Assembly (NCBI GenBank): GCA_965217865.1
Contig: CBDCJO010000002.1
Location: 3,680,001 to 3,744,000, forward strand
Direction of reading: 5' to 3'
From: Candidatus Latescibacterota bacterium
Lineage (GTDB): Bacteria > Latescibacterota > UBA2968 > SICM01
Length of the DNA: 64,000 bases
Shown piece by piece: positions 10,469 through 21,012 of this stretch. Within the stretch, counting starts at the first letter, position 1. The number at the start of each line of letters is the position of its first letter. The notes below the pieces were generated by a model. That model was not told the origin of the DNA and did no database searches. It was given only the letters and a program-made list of their open reading frames with translations. Both the position numbers and the translations under genes were made by a program.

Positions 10469-10523
10469 GCTCCTGGTGTCTCAACCGCTCCGACAGTCGG
10501 TTCCGACATTGGGGATGAGTCAC

Positions 10524-12128
10524 TTATGCCTTCCCTGAAATCACGCTTCTCTTTGCGTCCCGCCGCCAGGCCTCTGTTTTCGGGAAACTCGAGAAACTCC
10601 TGATCGGATCGAATATGGAACTGCTGCGTTCTACGCCCATCGTTTGGAGAAGGGCATAGTCCTGCAGGCTTTCGCCGAAGACCTCCCACCTGATCGAATC
10701 GACTGGACCCTTTTGACCCGGGTAGACCATAAACGCGTCTCCGAAGGCCCATTCCGGCCAGCGCCTCCCCTCCAGAACCGTATAGGGATCGATCAAATTC
10801 CGTGTGCGTCCCTGGTACCAGTAGTTATAGCTCCAGTGCAGAAATCCCTGGAGGGGCCAGCGGTAAAACAGGAATCCGTGCATCGCAATCTTCGGGAGGG
10901 GGGTATCCAAAAACCGGTTCAGGTACTTGCCCCGCGGGCGGAGACAGTAGTAACACCAGCAGGGGATTCCCTCCTCCACAAAGCCAAGGGACTTCTGAAT
11001 AATCGCGATCGGCATGTCCGTCAGCTTTTGACGTGCATATTCGATATCCGAGAGCGCGTCCATCACCTTCATCCACGGAGCCAGCTCCTTCAGGACTTTC
11101 CGGGCCCTGCGGTAGTTCCCGATATGCTCCTCCCCGTGAGGTTCGTCCGACACGTGGAAAAACGAACGATTGACTATATTTTCATCCGAAAGGAATCGAT
11201 ACAGCTTTGGAAGATATTGTGAGAGGAAATTTCGGTAGGTTCCGGATGTCGCGCTGGTAGATGGACGCCATAGAAGCTTTTCATCCCGACCCTGGCCTTC
11301 GTAGATTCTGATGGCGTTCCGGGAGCCCCACTGCGTGAAGGGGTGGCACCATTCGAAATTCCGGATTCCGCATCGCTTCGTCGTGTCGATGTACCGCTTA
11401 ACGTCCCTCCAGTCGAATCGGTATTTCTCCCGACCGGATTTCCGCACGCGTAAAAGCTGACTCGGTCGTTTCACCCCGTCAAGCGGGGGGGTAAACACCG
11501 GCACGTAGATCGTGTCCACTCCGTGGTCGGCCACGTCCTTTGCATAGGGGGGAAGGATCTCCCAGAAGCGCCTGTCAAAAAGGTCTGTTCCGTACCAGTC
11601 GATCAGCGAGTCCACGTAGAACCAGTGCGCAATCGGAAACCCTCGCCTCTTGCCGATAACCACATCGTAGAGCCGCACCCAGACGGTGTGGGTCTTCCCA
11701 CTCCCTCTTTCGGGAATGACCGAAACCTTCACGGGGTACCTCCCGGGGTCGGCCCCCCGTCCCGGACGAACCGTGATCCAGAACGCGTGGGTCTCCAAAG
11801 GAGGGAGTTCGATCGTGTCCTCGTCGAAAAGCGGATCGGGAACGTATCCCGGTATATGTCCGCGTCCCTCGATATCCAAACTGGATTTTTCAATCGGGGA
11901 ATTGTGGTGAGGGATCGGAACGTAACCCACCCGTCGGATCCGGATCCTCCAGCCTTTTGGTCCATCGCTTGATACGCGTACTTTAAGGCCCTCGGCTGTC
12001 CGCATGGCGACCTGAAAACTGAACTGTTCATTCAGCGCCGCCTCCACGGTAAATCCCGTCGCAGCTTTCGGGCGGGAAGCCGGATAATTCCTGGTCAGTC
12101 CGGATGTTATCCAGGATCGAAAATCCAT
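10524..12128 (-). CDS. DUF4091/GH123-like putative glycoside hydrolase
   Basis: HVSDEP, WCYYC, GFLHWSYNYW, GDAFMVYPG, SIRWE..ESLQD. Confidence 0.75.
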   Translation of the reverse strand: MDFRSWITSGLTRNYPASRPKAATGFTVEAALNEQFSFQVAMRTAEGLKVRVSSDGPKGWRIRIRRVGYVPIPHHNSPIEKSSLDIEGRGHIPGYVPDPLFDEDTIELPPLETHAFWITVRPGRGADPGRYPVKVSVIPERGSGKTHTVWVRLYDVVIGKRRGFPIAHWFYVDSLIDWYGTDLFDRRFWEILPPYAKDVADHGVDTIYVPVFTPPLDGVKRPSQLLRVRKSGREKYRFDWRDVKRYIDTTKRCGIRNFEWCHPFTQWGSRNAIRIYEGQGRDEKLLWRPSTSATSGTYRNFLSQYLPKLYRFLSDENIVNRSFFHVSDEPHGEEHIGNYRRARKVLKELAPWMKVMDALSDIEYARQKLTDMPIAIIQKSLGFVEEGIPCWCYYCLRPRGKYLNRFLDTPLPKIAMHGFLFYRWPLQGFLHWSYNYWYQGRTRNLIDPYTVLEGRRWPEWAFGDAFMVYPGQKGPVDSIRWEVFGESLQDYALLQTMGVERSSSIFDPIRSFSSFPKTEAWRRDAKRSVISGKA

Positions 12129-12164
12129 GACCTGTTTTCCTTTCTCGACGGTTTGAAGTTTTTA

Positions 12165-13550
12165 TCAGTTAAAAAACCGGGGAAGCCATTCCCTGTTGGA
12201 CATTAAAAGCTCGTCTGCCAGATGCCCGATTTCGGCGAAATCGACGCCCGCGCTCAACGGGTCCAGGCTCAGGGCCTGTATCAGGAGGTCCCGGCTCCCC
12301 TCGAGGGCAGCTTTTAACGTCAATTCCTGGACATCTACGTGAAGACGGCACCACGACGCGATCACCCCCGGGAGTTCGCCCGCGGGAACAGGTTCAACCC
12401 CTTTTCCGCTGACGAAACCAACGGTTTCAACCACAACGTCGGGGGGCAGGTTGGAAATCTGACCTTTGTTCGGCGCATTCACGACCGTCTTGTAAGAACC
12501 CTTGTGAATAATAGCTTCCACAATGTGTACAAGCTCTTCTCCCGACCCCTTCCAGTCCATATCCATCTCCCCCCGGCCGATCTTCCGGATCTCCTCAAGC
12601 TGCCTGGCCTTTGAGAATCGTCGTGCATCAACCGTGGTTTTTTTGACACCGTATTTCATTCCGAACCCGTTTCGAAAGTTGCAAAGACTGGGAAGGAACT
12701 CGATCGTGTGCCGGTCGTGGTTGATCGGAAAATACCCCACCTGCTTGCAGATAGCCATGGCCGCCTGATAATGATTTTCAAAATCTTCTGTCGCCAGTTC
12801 CTCATCGGGTAGAGAAATGAGTTCGGATCCGGACTTTTCCTCGCAAAACTTTCGAATTCTTGGAAGAACATCCACACCTTTGCGGCTGGCTTTCGTCAGG
12901 AAAATAAAATGGTTGATCCCCGCAAAGGTATAATCGAATCCCTGCTCACCCAACCATGTATAGAGGTAGGTCAGGATGTCCATCCCTTCTGGCACCTTCA
13001 TCCCCAGGGCCGGCCCAAGAATTCCCGGAAGGGCGTGCAGACCGTGGCAGAGCCCCAGAACCTTGGTCTCCTTTGCGGGAAGGTTCAATGCTCGGGTCAC
13101 AACACTCATAGGATTTGTTTCGTTCAGAACCCATGCCCCCGGACAAACCTGTTCCATCTCTTCGACGATCTCGTAAGCCACCGGGGCCGTTCGGATCGAA
13201 GCGGATATTCCCGAAGGCCCGACCGTCATCGACACCGGCTGCCGGATGCCGTACTTGATCGGGATCTCCAGGTCGTTGTAAAAGGCATCCATCGCGCCCG
13301 GGCTGAACGTCAACAGGACGAATTCGGACCCCTTCAGGGCTTCCCTTCGGTCATCCACGATCGATATGGCAAAGTCCTTATTCCGCTGCTCATTGAATCT
13401 CCGAAGCATGCCCTCCACGGCCTCCACGGTTTCACGGTTCGGGTCCACAAGCCGGATCTCCCCTCCATCAACCCCTTCCAAAAGGTAGAAATCCTTCATC
13501 ACCCCTCTCATCCAGTTGACGCTGCCCCCGCCGATCACGGTCAGAATCAT
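12165..13550 (-). CDS. Glycoside hydrolase family 4 (NAD+-dependent)
   Basis: IGGGS, TNPM, GLCHG, AGINH, NKGQISNLP. Confidence 0.9.
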   Translation of the reverse strand: MILTVIGGGSVNWMRGVMKDFYLLEGVDGGEIRLVDPNRETVEAVEGMLRRFNEQRNKDFAISIVDDRREALKGSEFVLLTFSPGAMDAFYNDLEIPIKYGIRQPVSMTVGPSGISASIRTAPVAYEIVEEMEQVCPGAWVLNETNPMSVVTRALNLPAKETKVLGLCHGLHALPGILGPALGMKVPEGMDILTYLYTWLGEQGFDYTFAGINHFIFLTKASRKGVDVLPRIRKFCEEKSGSELISLPDEELATEDFENHYQAAMAICKQVGYFPINHDRHTIEFLPSLCNFRNGFGMKYGVKKTTVDARRFSKARQLEEIRKIGRGEMDMDWKGSGEELVHIVEAIIHKGSYKTVVNAPNKGQISNLPPDVVVETVGFVSGKGVEPVPAGELPGVIASWCRLHVDVQELTLKAALEGSRDLLIQALSLDPLSAGVDFAEIGHLADELLMSNREWLPRFFN

Positions 13551-13740
13551 GTTCGTCCTCCTTTAGTGGACTCATACGGAAGTCAAATATATTCTCAGGT
13601 CCGAACCTTTGTTTTTATGCGCGACGTTTCATTGCAATTTGCATTTTGCATTTCCATGGACCACCTGGGTGCGCCCGTCATTCCGATGCAGGTGAATAGT
13701 TTGGCCAGGCATGCCACATCCCGGCGGATAAACTGTCAGT

Positions 13741-14005
13741 CTAACCGCTGGATCTTACCAACCCCACGGATTGATCCTGATAACGCCTCTCATCGAAGAG
13801 GTACCAGAAGGCCGCTGCGGCAACGAGGGTGATGGCGATCGGCACCAGAAAAATCTTGACCCAATCGTGCCCCCCATCCGCCATCGCAAAGAGGTCGTGA
13901 ATCCTCCCGCTCAAGAAATGTCCGAGCAGCATGCCAACCCCGTGAGTTGCGAACATGAGGAGCGCCTGCGAACTTGCCCGGATGTCTGTAGGGCTATTTG
14001 TCCGA
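13741..14005 (-). pseudogene. Orphan 3' fragment of MFS nucleoside:H+ symporter-like gene
   Basis: APTDIRASSQA..FATHGVGMLLG..HDWVKIFLVP; only the last helices, directly after the DUF72 stop. Confidence 0.65.
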
Positions 14006-14021
14006 CATCCGGTTCTTATCG

Positions 14022-14726
14022 TTATTCTCCACAGGCAATTTCAAGGAACCGCGCGGCTAATCTTGGGCCTGCAGCTTCATCCTCGTGCTTGAAAAAGACA
14101 AAAGCCCTCGTCCATTCCTGAGCGTGAATCCGCCCCTCCCAGTCCTTCAGATCCGTATCCGAATATCCACTCCGCCGCAATCGGAGGTACCCCCAGTTCG
14201 CGGTGCCGAGCAGCTGGGTCCAAGGCTCATCATCAGTATCGCTTGCGCACAGGGCAATATTTTTGTCTCGAAGGCGTCGGTAGACCTCCTCATCGAACCA
14301 GGTCGGATGGCGGAACTCGAAAGCCGCGGGCGTCCCCTCAGGGAGGAGGGAAAGGAAGTTATCCAGACGGGGTAAATCCCTTTGTAGATACGGGGGAAGC
14401 TGGAAAAGAATCACCCCAAGCCGTTCTCCAAGCGTCCTCGAATTTCCCAGAAGGAATTCCAACTCCTCCCCCGCGTCCTTCAAACGTTTGATGTGTGTGA
14501 TCCGGCGGGATGCCTTGAGCGAAAAATGAAAGCCTTCAGGAACCTGTTCCGCCCACGATTCGAGCACACTCACCTTCGGCATACGGTAAAACGTGTTGTT
14601 GATCTCGACGGCGGGTAAGCGCTCGGAATAAAACCGCAGCATATCCTTCGCCGGAAGATCTTCAGGATAGAAGGGGCCCTTCCACTCTTTGTAGCTATAT
14701 CCGCTGGTACCCACATACAGCTTCAT
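14022..14726 (-). CDS. DUF72 domain protein
   Basis: VGTSGYSYKEW, VEINNTFY, LFQLPP, FEFRH. Confidence 0.92.
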   Translation of the reverse strand: MKLYVGTSGYSYKEWKGPFYPEDLPAKDMLRFYSERLPAVEINNTFYRMPKVSVLESWAEQVPEGFHFSLKASRRITHIKRLKDAGEELEFLLGNSRTLGERLGVILFQLPPYLQRDLPRLDNFLSLLPEGTPAAFEFRHPTWFDEEVYRRLRDKNIALCASDTDDEPWTQLLGTANWGYLRLRRSGYSDTDLKDWEGRIHAQEWTRAFVFFKHEDEAAGPRLAARFLEIACGE

Positions 14727-14773
14727 CAAGTTAACCTCCACCAAAGGTTTTCCGCTTTACCCCTTGTGCAGAT

Positions 14774-15346
14774 TTATTTCAGCTTTTTGACATGCTTATA
14801 GCGGAAACACCCCGCAACATGGTCGTTGACCATTCCGACGGCCTGCATAAAAGCATAACAGATGGTCGGACCAATGAACCGGAATCCACGTTTCTTCATG
14901 TCTTTGCTCATTTTCTTCGACACTTCGGTCTCGGAGGGGATCTCCTTCAACGATTTCCAGCCATTCTGAACGGGTTGCCCATCCACAAAATTCCAGATGT
15001 ATTCGCTGAAGCTTCCGAACTCCTTCTGAATCTTTACGATTATCCCGGCGTTAGAAACGGATGAAGCAACCTTCAGCCTGTTCCGAACGATTCCCGGATC
15101 TTTCAGAAGTCGGTCAATCCTTCTATTGTCGAACCCCGCCACCTTCTTCGGATCGAATTTCTCAAAGGCCTTCAGGTAATTCTCGCGTTTCTTCAGAATA
15201 GTGGACCAGCTCAGACCGGCCTGTGCGCCTTCAAGGCACAGAAACTCGAAGAGCAGGCGGTCATCCCGAACGGGTACCCCCCACTCTTCATCGTGGTAGG
15301 CCATCTCCAGAGGAGATCCTTTTGCCCATTCGCATCGCATAACCAC
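14774..15346 (-). CDS. tag: DNA-3-methyladenine glycosylase I
   Basis: RCEW, YHDEEWG, LEGAQAGLSW, GMVNDH. Confidence 0.93.
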   Translation of the reverse strand: MVMRCEWAKGSPLEMAYHDEEWGVPVRDDRLLFEFLCLEGAQAGLSWSTILKKRENYLKAFEKFDPKKVAGFDNRRIDRLLKDPGIVRNRLKVASSVSNAGIIVKIQKEFGSFSEYIWNFVDGQPVQNGWKSLKEIPSETEVSKKMSKDMKKRGFRFIGPTICYAFMQAVGMVNDHVAGCFRYKHVKKLK

Positions 15347-15385
15347 TTAAAACTGGCTGTTTATCTATGGTTTCATCGGACCGCT

Positions 15386-16477
15386 TTAATCAGCCCGATC
15401 TCGAAAGGGATCAAGCGCCTCCCAATCCAGTTCCACCCCGTGCCCGGGACGGTCAGGGGCGATCGCCTCCCCGTCATCCAGTTGAAGCCCGTGAACCATA
15501 TAGGGATCCAGGCCGAATCCATGTACTTCCAGATAAGAGGCGTTGGGCACGGCAGCCAGCAAGTGGACGTGAAGGTCGTGGACCCCGTGGGACGTCACGG
15601 GCAGATGGTGGGCTTCGGCCAGGTGCGCAACCTTCATCCACACCGTCACACCGCCGATATTCGACACATCCGGTTCCGGAAAGGATACCGCCCCCCGGGA
15701 AATCATATTGCGAAATTCTCCCAGGGTTCGAAGGTTTTCTCCGGCTGCGATAGGGAGCCCTCCCTCCCGTAAAATTCGGAAATGCCCTTCGACATCTTCC
15801 GGAAGCGTCGGTTCCTCCAACCAGTACACCCCGAGATCGGCGAAGGACATGGCCGCCCGGATCGCCTCCTCCACGGTCCAGACCATGTTCGCGTCCACCA
15901 TAAGCGGAACGTCCTGGCCGATCACACCACGAATATAAGCGACACGGTCAAGATCCTCGGAGAGCTTCTTCTTCCCCACCTTCATCTTGATCGCCCGGAA
16001 GCCGCGCTCCAGGAAGGCCTCCGTCTGCTCGCGAAGCTCCTCCCTAGAAAATTGTAGGTCTACCCCTCCGGCATAGGCCGAGACACGCGCCTTATTTCCG
16101 CCCAACAACCTCCACAGGGGCATCCCCGCCGACCGCGCCTTTAAATCCCAGAGGGCGATGTCTACAGCGGATATTGCGAATCCTGCAACCCCGCCCCGGC
16201 CAACATAGTGCAGCTGCCACCACATCCGGTTCCAGAGGTATTCGATGCAGCTCGGATCTTCTCGAATCAGGACCGGTTTCAGATCTCGATCAATCAACGC
16301 CCGAATCCCTGCCCCACCCCTGATGGCATACGTATATCCGAGCCCCTCGGATCCATCTTCGGAACGGATCCTCACGGAAATGAAATCAAAGTGGCTGATC
16401 GATCCGTGGGTCGAATCCGAAAGCACAACGGGCAAAGGGATCCGGTAGTGATCTGTTTGAACGGATTCGATTTTCAA
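15386..16477 (-). CDS. Mandelate racemase/muconate lactonizing enzyme family
   Basis: SAVDIALWDL, KMKVG, MVDAN, WLEEP, AAGEN. Confidence 0.92.
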   Translation of the reverse strand: MKIESVQTDHYRIPLPVVLSDSTHGSISHFDFISVRIRSEDGSEGLGYTYAIRGGAGIRALIDRDLKPVLIREDPSCIEYLWNRMWWQLHYVGRGGVAGFAISAVDIALWDLKARSAGMPLWRLLGGNKARVSAYAGGVDLQFSREELREQTEAFLERGFRAIKMKVGKKKLSEDLDRVAYIRGVIGQDVPLMVDANMVWTVEEAIRAAMSFADLGVYWLEEPTLPEDVEGHFRILREGGLPIAAGENLRTLGEFRNMISRGAVSFPEPDVSNIGGVTVWMKVAHLAEAHHLPVTSHGVHDLHVHLLAAVPNASYLEVHGFGLDPYMVHGLQLDDGEAIAPDRPGHGVELDWEALDPFRDRAD

Positions 16478-16514
16478 CTGGGGTCCCTTGTATCAGTCGA
16501 CCAACCTTGTTTAA

Positions 16515-16967
16515 TCATGTCCGTAAAATATTTCGATTCAGCGCTTCTCCGGAACAGCTCTGCAAAGTCGTTCTCAACTGGTTCTCCAATCCCTGTCGTG
16601 AGGGTTTCGTATCAGAGAAAAACAGGTGGGATCGACAAGTGCAATCCGAACAGCCGAAACCCGGGATCGGAAGGGATAGTCGTTTCATCTCCTCGGCCCA
16701 TTGGTGCTCAAATCGATCCCGGCCGGATCGATACCACACTTCAACAAGAGGGGTAATTTTTCGAAGATAATCAATATGCCAGTGTGCCCTGCGGGGGGTG
16801 TTCAGGTGGTGTGACACGCGCGCCTTCAATCCCCCGGGCCCGAGTGCGCTCCCGATATAGGTGTAGAATCCGGGTTGAACCAGGAGATTTCCTAACCCCC
16901 CGATCTTCATCGACTTTTTGGATGAAGACTCCAAAATCAAGGCGTAGGTGCCGGGGACGGCTTCCAT
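16515..16967 (-). CDS. DUF123/GIY-YIG domain protein
   Basis: GTYALIL, YTYIGSA, HWHIDYL, GFGCSDCTCRSHL. Confidence 0.85.
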   Translation of the reverse strand: MEAVPGTYALILESSSKKSMKIGGLGNLLVQPGFYTYIGSALGPGGLKARVSHHLNTPRRAHWHIDYLRKITPLVEVWYRSGRDRFEHQWAEEMKRLSLPIPGFGCSDCTCRSHLFFSDTKPSRQGLENQLRTTLQSCSGEALNRNILRT

Positions 16968-16974
16968 AACCCGG

Positions 16975-17307
16975 TTAAACCGTTGCTTTGTGAATTTTCC
17001 GCTTGAGCTTGTGGATTTTCCTGCGGACGATCCTGAGTTGCTTGTGGTCGTGGGCTTCAAGGGCCGCATCCCGCTCCACCTTAAGCTCCCGGATCTGAAG
17101 CTTGAGGCTTCGCTTTTCGACCCCGACCACCTCGTGATGCACGTGGCCTTCGATCCCAAGGATTTTGCAGAGGGCAGTCAGGAGGGGTTCCTTGTGCATC
17201 GAGCTGAAACCCTTCAGCTCGTCATTATCCAGATCCCTCGCGATATCGCGGAGCTGGGCGACCGTCTTTTTCTTGAGCTCGTCGTAAGTGATCTCTGCGG
17301 TTTCCAT
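16975..17307 (-). CDS. Small Rho-N-terminal-like protein with basic coiled tail
   Basis: ELKKKTVAQLRDIA...MHKEPLL; RBS AGGAGG upstream. Confidence 0.7.
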   Translation of the reverse strand: METAEITYDELKKKTVAQLRDIARDLDNDELKGFSSMHKEPLLTALCKILGIEGHVHHEVVGVEKRSLKLQIRELKVERDAALEAHDHKQLRIVRRKIHKLKRKIHKATV

Positions 17308-17323
17308 TACACCTCCTTTGTGT

Positions 17324-18370
17324 CTACGTGGGCATCGCCACCCCAAGCGAATCAGCAGCTTCGGTGATGGATTTCCAGATGTCATCTGCGATCGGAATAC
17401 CCTCACGTTGCCGAATCTCACGCGTACGCGCCTCTGGATCTCCTGGAACAAGAACCGCCTCGAAACCCGGTGCGGGTGGGACAGCCTTGACCCGTCGTTT
17501 CAGCTCACCCGCCAGGCTCTGGTATTCAGAAATTGGATGAAAGATGTCCGCTCGGAAGACGAACATCGTCACCCCCTGGTGCCGCATGATGTTGTTGCTC
17601 CGTCCCGATTCCGCGAATGCGTCGCTCCCCGTGAAAATTCGTCCCAGAAACTCCACCGCCATCATCAGGGCATAACCCTTATGTCCCCCGAAGGACAAAT
17701 GCCCTCCGCCTTCGAAGTAATCGTTCGGGTCGATCGTGGGAACCCCGTTTTTATCCGCGATGCAGCCCGGAGGTAGCTTTTCTTTTCTTCTTTTCGCGTT
17801 TTCAACCTTAACCCCTGAAAGGGCGGTCGTCGCAAAGTCGAAAAACATCGACCCTTCCTCCCCCGCTGGAAAACCCATCGCCACTGGATTGGTGTTCAGG
17901 ACGCGCTTTCGCCCCCCATAGGGAAAAGCCACCGGAGCTTCCTCGGAGAGCCCTCCCGCCCAGACCATGGAGATCATCCCGTTTTCAGCCGCCATTTCCA
18001 CGTAATGGCCTAGGCGACCGATATGGTTGCATCGAACCAGCCCCACCACCGCAAGGTGGTTTTCCTTCGCCTTCTCGATCGCAACTTCCATCCCGAATTT
18101 TGCAGTAACGTGTCCGAAAGTCCAGTTTCCCGTGACCAGGGCACTCGTCGGAGTTTCCTTCAAAATCTCTGGGCGGACAGTGGGAACGATCCCGCCCGAT
18201 TTAACCTCGTTCACATAGGGGGCCAGGTGCCAGACCCCGTGCGTGTCCACACCGCAGAGGTTGGACGAGACGAGATGATCGGCAACGCAATCCGCAGTCT
18301 CCTCATCCGCCCCTGCGGCCAGAAGGACGTTCCGGACAAGATCGTTGAGTTTATCTTTCTGGATAACCAT
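17324..18370 (-). CDS. Ldh_2 family oxidoreductase (malate/L-lactate/ureidoglycolate dehydrogenase-like)
   Basis: GVDTHG, NHIGRLG, TNPVA, DFATT, GGHKGYAL, LVPGDPE. Confidence 0.9.
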   Translation of the reverse strand: MVIQKDKLNDLVRNVLLAAGADEETADCVADHLVSSNLCGVDTHGVWHLAPYVNEVKSGGIVPTVRPEILKETPTSALVTGNWTFGHVTAKFGMEVAIEKAKENHLAVVGLVRCNHIGRLGHYVEMAAENGMISMVWAGGLSEEAPVAFPYGGRKRVLNTNPVAMGFPAGEEGSMFFDFATTALSGVKVENAKRRKEKLPPGCIADKNGVPTIDPNDYFEGGGHLSFGGHKGYALMMAVEFLGRIFTGSDAFAESGRSNNIMRHQGVTMFVFRADIFHPISEYQSLAGELKRRVKAVPPAPGFEAVLVPGDPEARTREIRQREGIPIADDIWKSITEAADSLGVAMPT

Positions 18371-18442
18371 AGACTCTCCGTTAAGGACCCCATCGAAACG
18401 AAATATCCCGGATGATATTCAGTTCGTCGTCCGATATCCGGG

Positions 18443-20745
18443 TTACACGAAATGCTCCTTCACGATTGTTCGATCTGAAAGAAAGGAAATAAAATTGAAG
18501 AAAACCGGACATCCGACCTCAAAACCCGGTTTTTCATCGTTCGGCCACACGGTGAACTGACAGAACGGACTTCCAACCCCCGAGTAGAGTATCCCCTCCT
18601 TGTAAATTTGCAAACTCCGGTGAACGTGTCCGAAAAAGACCCCGCGCAGCTTGCTTCGTCCGTCCGATAAGACTTGATGCAGTCTTGCACCGTTCAGGAG
18701 CAGCATGTCACGATCGAGCCAGGGGGAATCCAACTCGATTGGCGGAAAATGTAAGAACACACTCACGGGAAATTCACTCTGTTGGATTTCGCGCTTTAGA
18801 ATTACGAACTGTTCTTCTTCAAGTTCTCCGGCCGGACCGATTTCATCCCGCCCGCGGCCGTCCAGAACGATAATATTGAGATTCTTCAGAGAAATCCTGT
18901 ACGTCAAAGACTGATCCCCATCCACGAGATCGACCTTCGACCCCATCGGAAGAAACCTCTGAATATCGCCGGAAGTGTCGTGATTGCCCGTCGCATAGTA
19001 AACCGGGGCCTTGAGTCTCGACAGTTCATCTCCGGCGAGCCGATATGCATCAGGGTCGGGGTCCGCTACAACATCGCCGGAATGAATGACCAGATCGGGG
19101 GGGAATGGAAGCCCGTTAATCGCATCAACAAGCCTTTTCAAGCACGGAAACGGCTCGACCCCTATCTTTTGTCTGAGATCGCCCGAAAAAACGGGGGCAA
19201 GGTCGAAGCAAGATCCTGGTTGCCTGTAGGGTTGAGAAGGGATACATATTTTGGGATATCCCTGACCTCACAGGAGGAGTAAAGATGGAGCAACTGTCCT
19301 CAAACAGTGACCCGGTCAAGAAGCGTAGGAGCTTGTCCCCGGAACAGAAGTATGAGATTTTCCTTGAAGCCAGCCGGGGAGATGTTCCCATTGCACAGGT
19401 GCTGCGGAAATGGGGCATTCATTCCTCGGATCTAAAGCGTATTCGTGAGTCGGTCAAGTCCGGGGCCCTCAAGGAGTTCAAGGGTCGCCGGAGCCGCAAG
19501 CCGATGGTATCGGCTGAGGAGGTGGAGCAGCTGCGCAAAGAGCGGGCACGCCTGGAGCAAACGATCATTGAGCAATCTGTGGAACTTTCCCTGCTAAAAA
19601 AAAGTGTGAATGGGATCTGACAGGCCCGATCAAGGGCCACCGGGTGCAAGCTGAGGTCAAACGCGAGATCCTCTTAATGGTCCATCGGGCCAAGGAGAAA
19701 GGGGTGAAACTCACCCGTTCTTGCGAGATCCTACAGCTTCCCCTCCAGCGGTATTGTGCCTGGAGCCGGCGAGATCGAGAAGAGAAGCTGGATGGGGTGT
19801 CGGACCCGCTTTTGGATGGGAAGCCCGGGCCCGCCCCTGATGAGGCCCCACACGGATGAGACCTATGCCGATCTGCCTCCCCATCAGCTGGCGGTGGTAG
19901 CCTCAGAGAAGGGGGTAGTGCAGGCCTCGGCCTCCAGCTTCTACCGACAGGCCAGGAAAGAACGTCTGGCACGCAGGAAACAGGTGAGGACGCCGGTCAA
20001 GCAGAGCAAGCCCCAGGTCAAACCTGAAGGTCCTAATCAGGTCTGGAGCTGGGACCTGACCTACATCCCATTTTTCGGTTTGTTCCTGTATTTTACCGCC
20101 ATTCTCGACGTGTATTCCAGGAAGATCGTAGGATGGAAGCTCTCCTTCAACGCGACCGTGGAGCAGGTCAAACAGGCTTGGGATCAAGCCCTTGCCAACG
20201 AAGGACTGCTGGACACTGGGCCCATAAGCTTGACAGCCCTCTCAGATCACGGATCTCAGATGAAGGCCAAATCGATGGCCCAATTCTTCAAGGACCTGGG
20301 CATCTCGCAGCTGTTTGCCCGATATCAAACACCCACGGACAACGCCTGGATCGAAGCCTTTTTCCGGACATTCAAATACGACTGGCTGCGCTTCCAGGAC
20401 ATCTTCACATTCCATCAACTGGAAGGCCTGATTGATTCCTTCATTCACAGCTACAACGCCGAACGCTATCACGGGGCAATACAGTATGTCACGCCTCTTC
20501 AGAGGCATAAAGGCCAGCATCAAAAGATTCTTCACCACCGACAAGGTCGAAAGGAGGAGGCTCGGCAGCGCCGCATAGAAATCAATCGGCAAAGAACATC
20601 CCAGACCATCCACAAGGCTGCCTGAATCTTGCTTGGACCTTTATCTGCTTTTCTCTTGTTATCTCAGAATAGATACAACCCCGTAGAGCGTGAAGTCCTC
20701 CGTGGGACCGATGTGTGTGTCACTGATATGTACGATATATGCCAC
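18443..20745 (-). pseudogene. CpdA/Icc-like metallophosphoesterase split by IS copy 1
   Basis: HISDTH in 20678-20745; SGD, GNHD, GHVH in 18443-19162; removing IS and one ACCCC restores frame (TLYGVEPF). Confidence 0.88.
19163..20677 (+). mobile_element. IS3-family element copy 1 (1515 bp, 44-bp internal deletion)
   Basis: orfA 19285-19620, A8G slippery run, DDE core (WSWDLT, SDHGSQ, DNAWIE); 5-bp TSD ACCCC. Confidence 0.93.
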
Positions 20746-20813
20746 GATAAGCCCATAATTTTCCGGGTGCTTACCACCACAAGCCTCGTCTTTTCCATCC
20801 CCAGAAACCCATC

Positions 20814-20901
20814 ATTCATAATGCAAATCCTTCGAGATGTCAACACAAAAGGTCCTGGGACTCAAAACCAGAAGGGACAGCCGAAAAAGCTATCCCTTCT
20901 G
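20814..20901 (-). promoter_or_regulatory. Hairpin followed by TTGACA promoter motif; divergent relative of the 23869/30979 repeat
   Basis: CAGAAGGGATAGC..GCTGTCCCTTCTG then TTGACAtctcgaaggatttgcattatgaat. Confidence 0.5.
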
Positions 20902-21012
20902 TCTAATATATTGTTGCCCAGCAAGTTACATGTCAATCCCCAACTTCGCAGATGCCTTAATGCTTTAAATCGTTTCAAAATTGTTTGGTCGGTATCTCTT
21001 TCAGAATGAAAA

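Noticed and set aside
20629-21009. ORFs starting MLGPLSAFLL or MDLYLLFSCY
   Set aside because: Read-out frames from the IS right end, repeated at each copy
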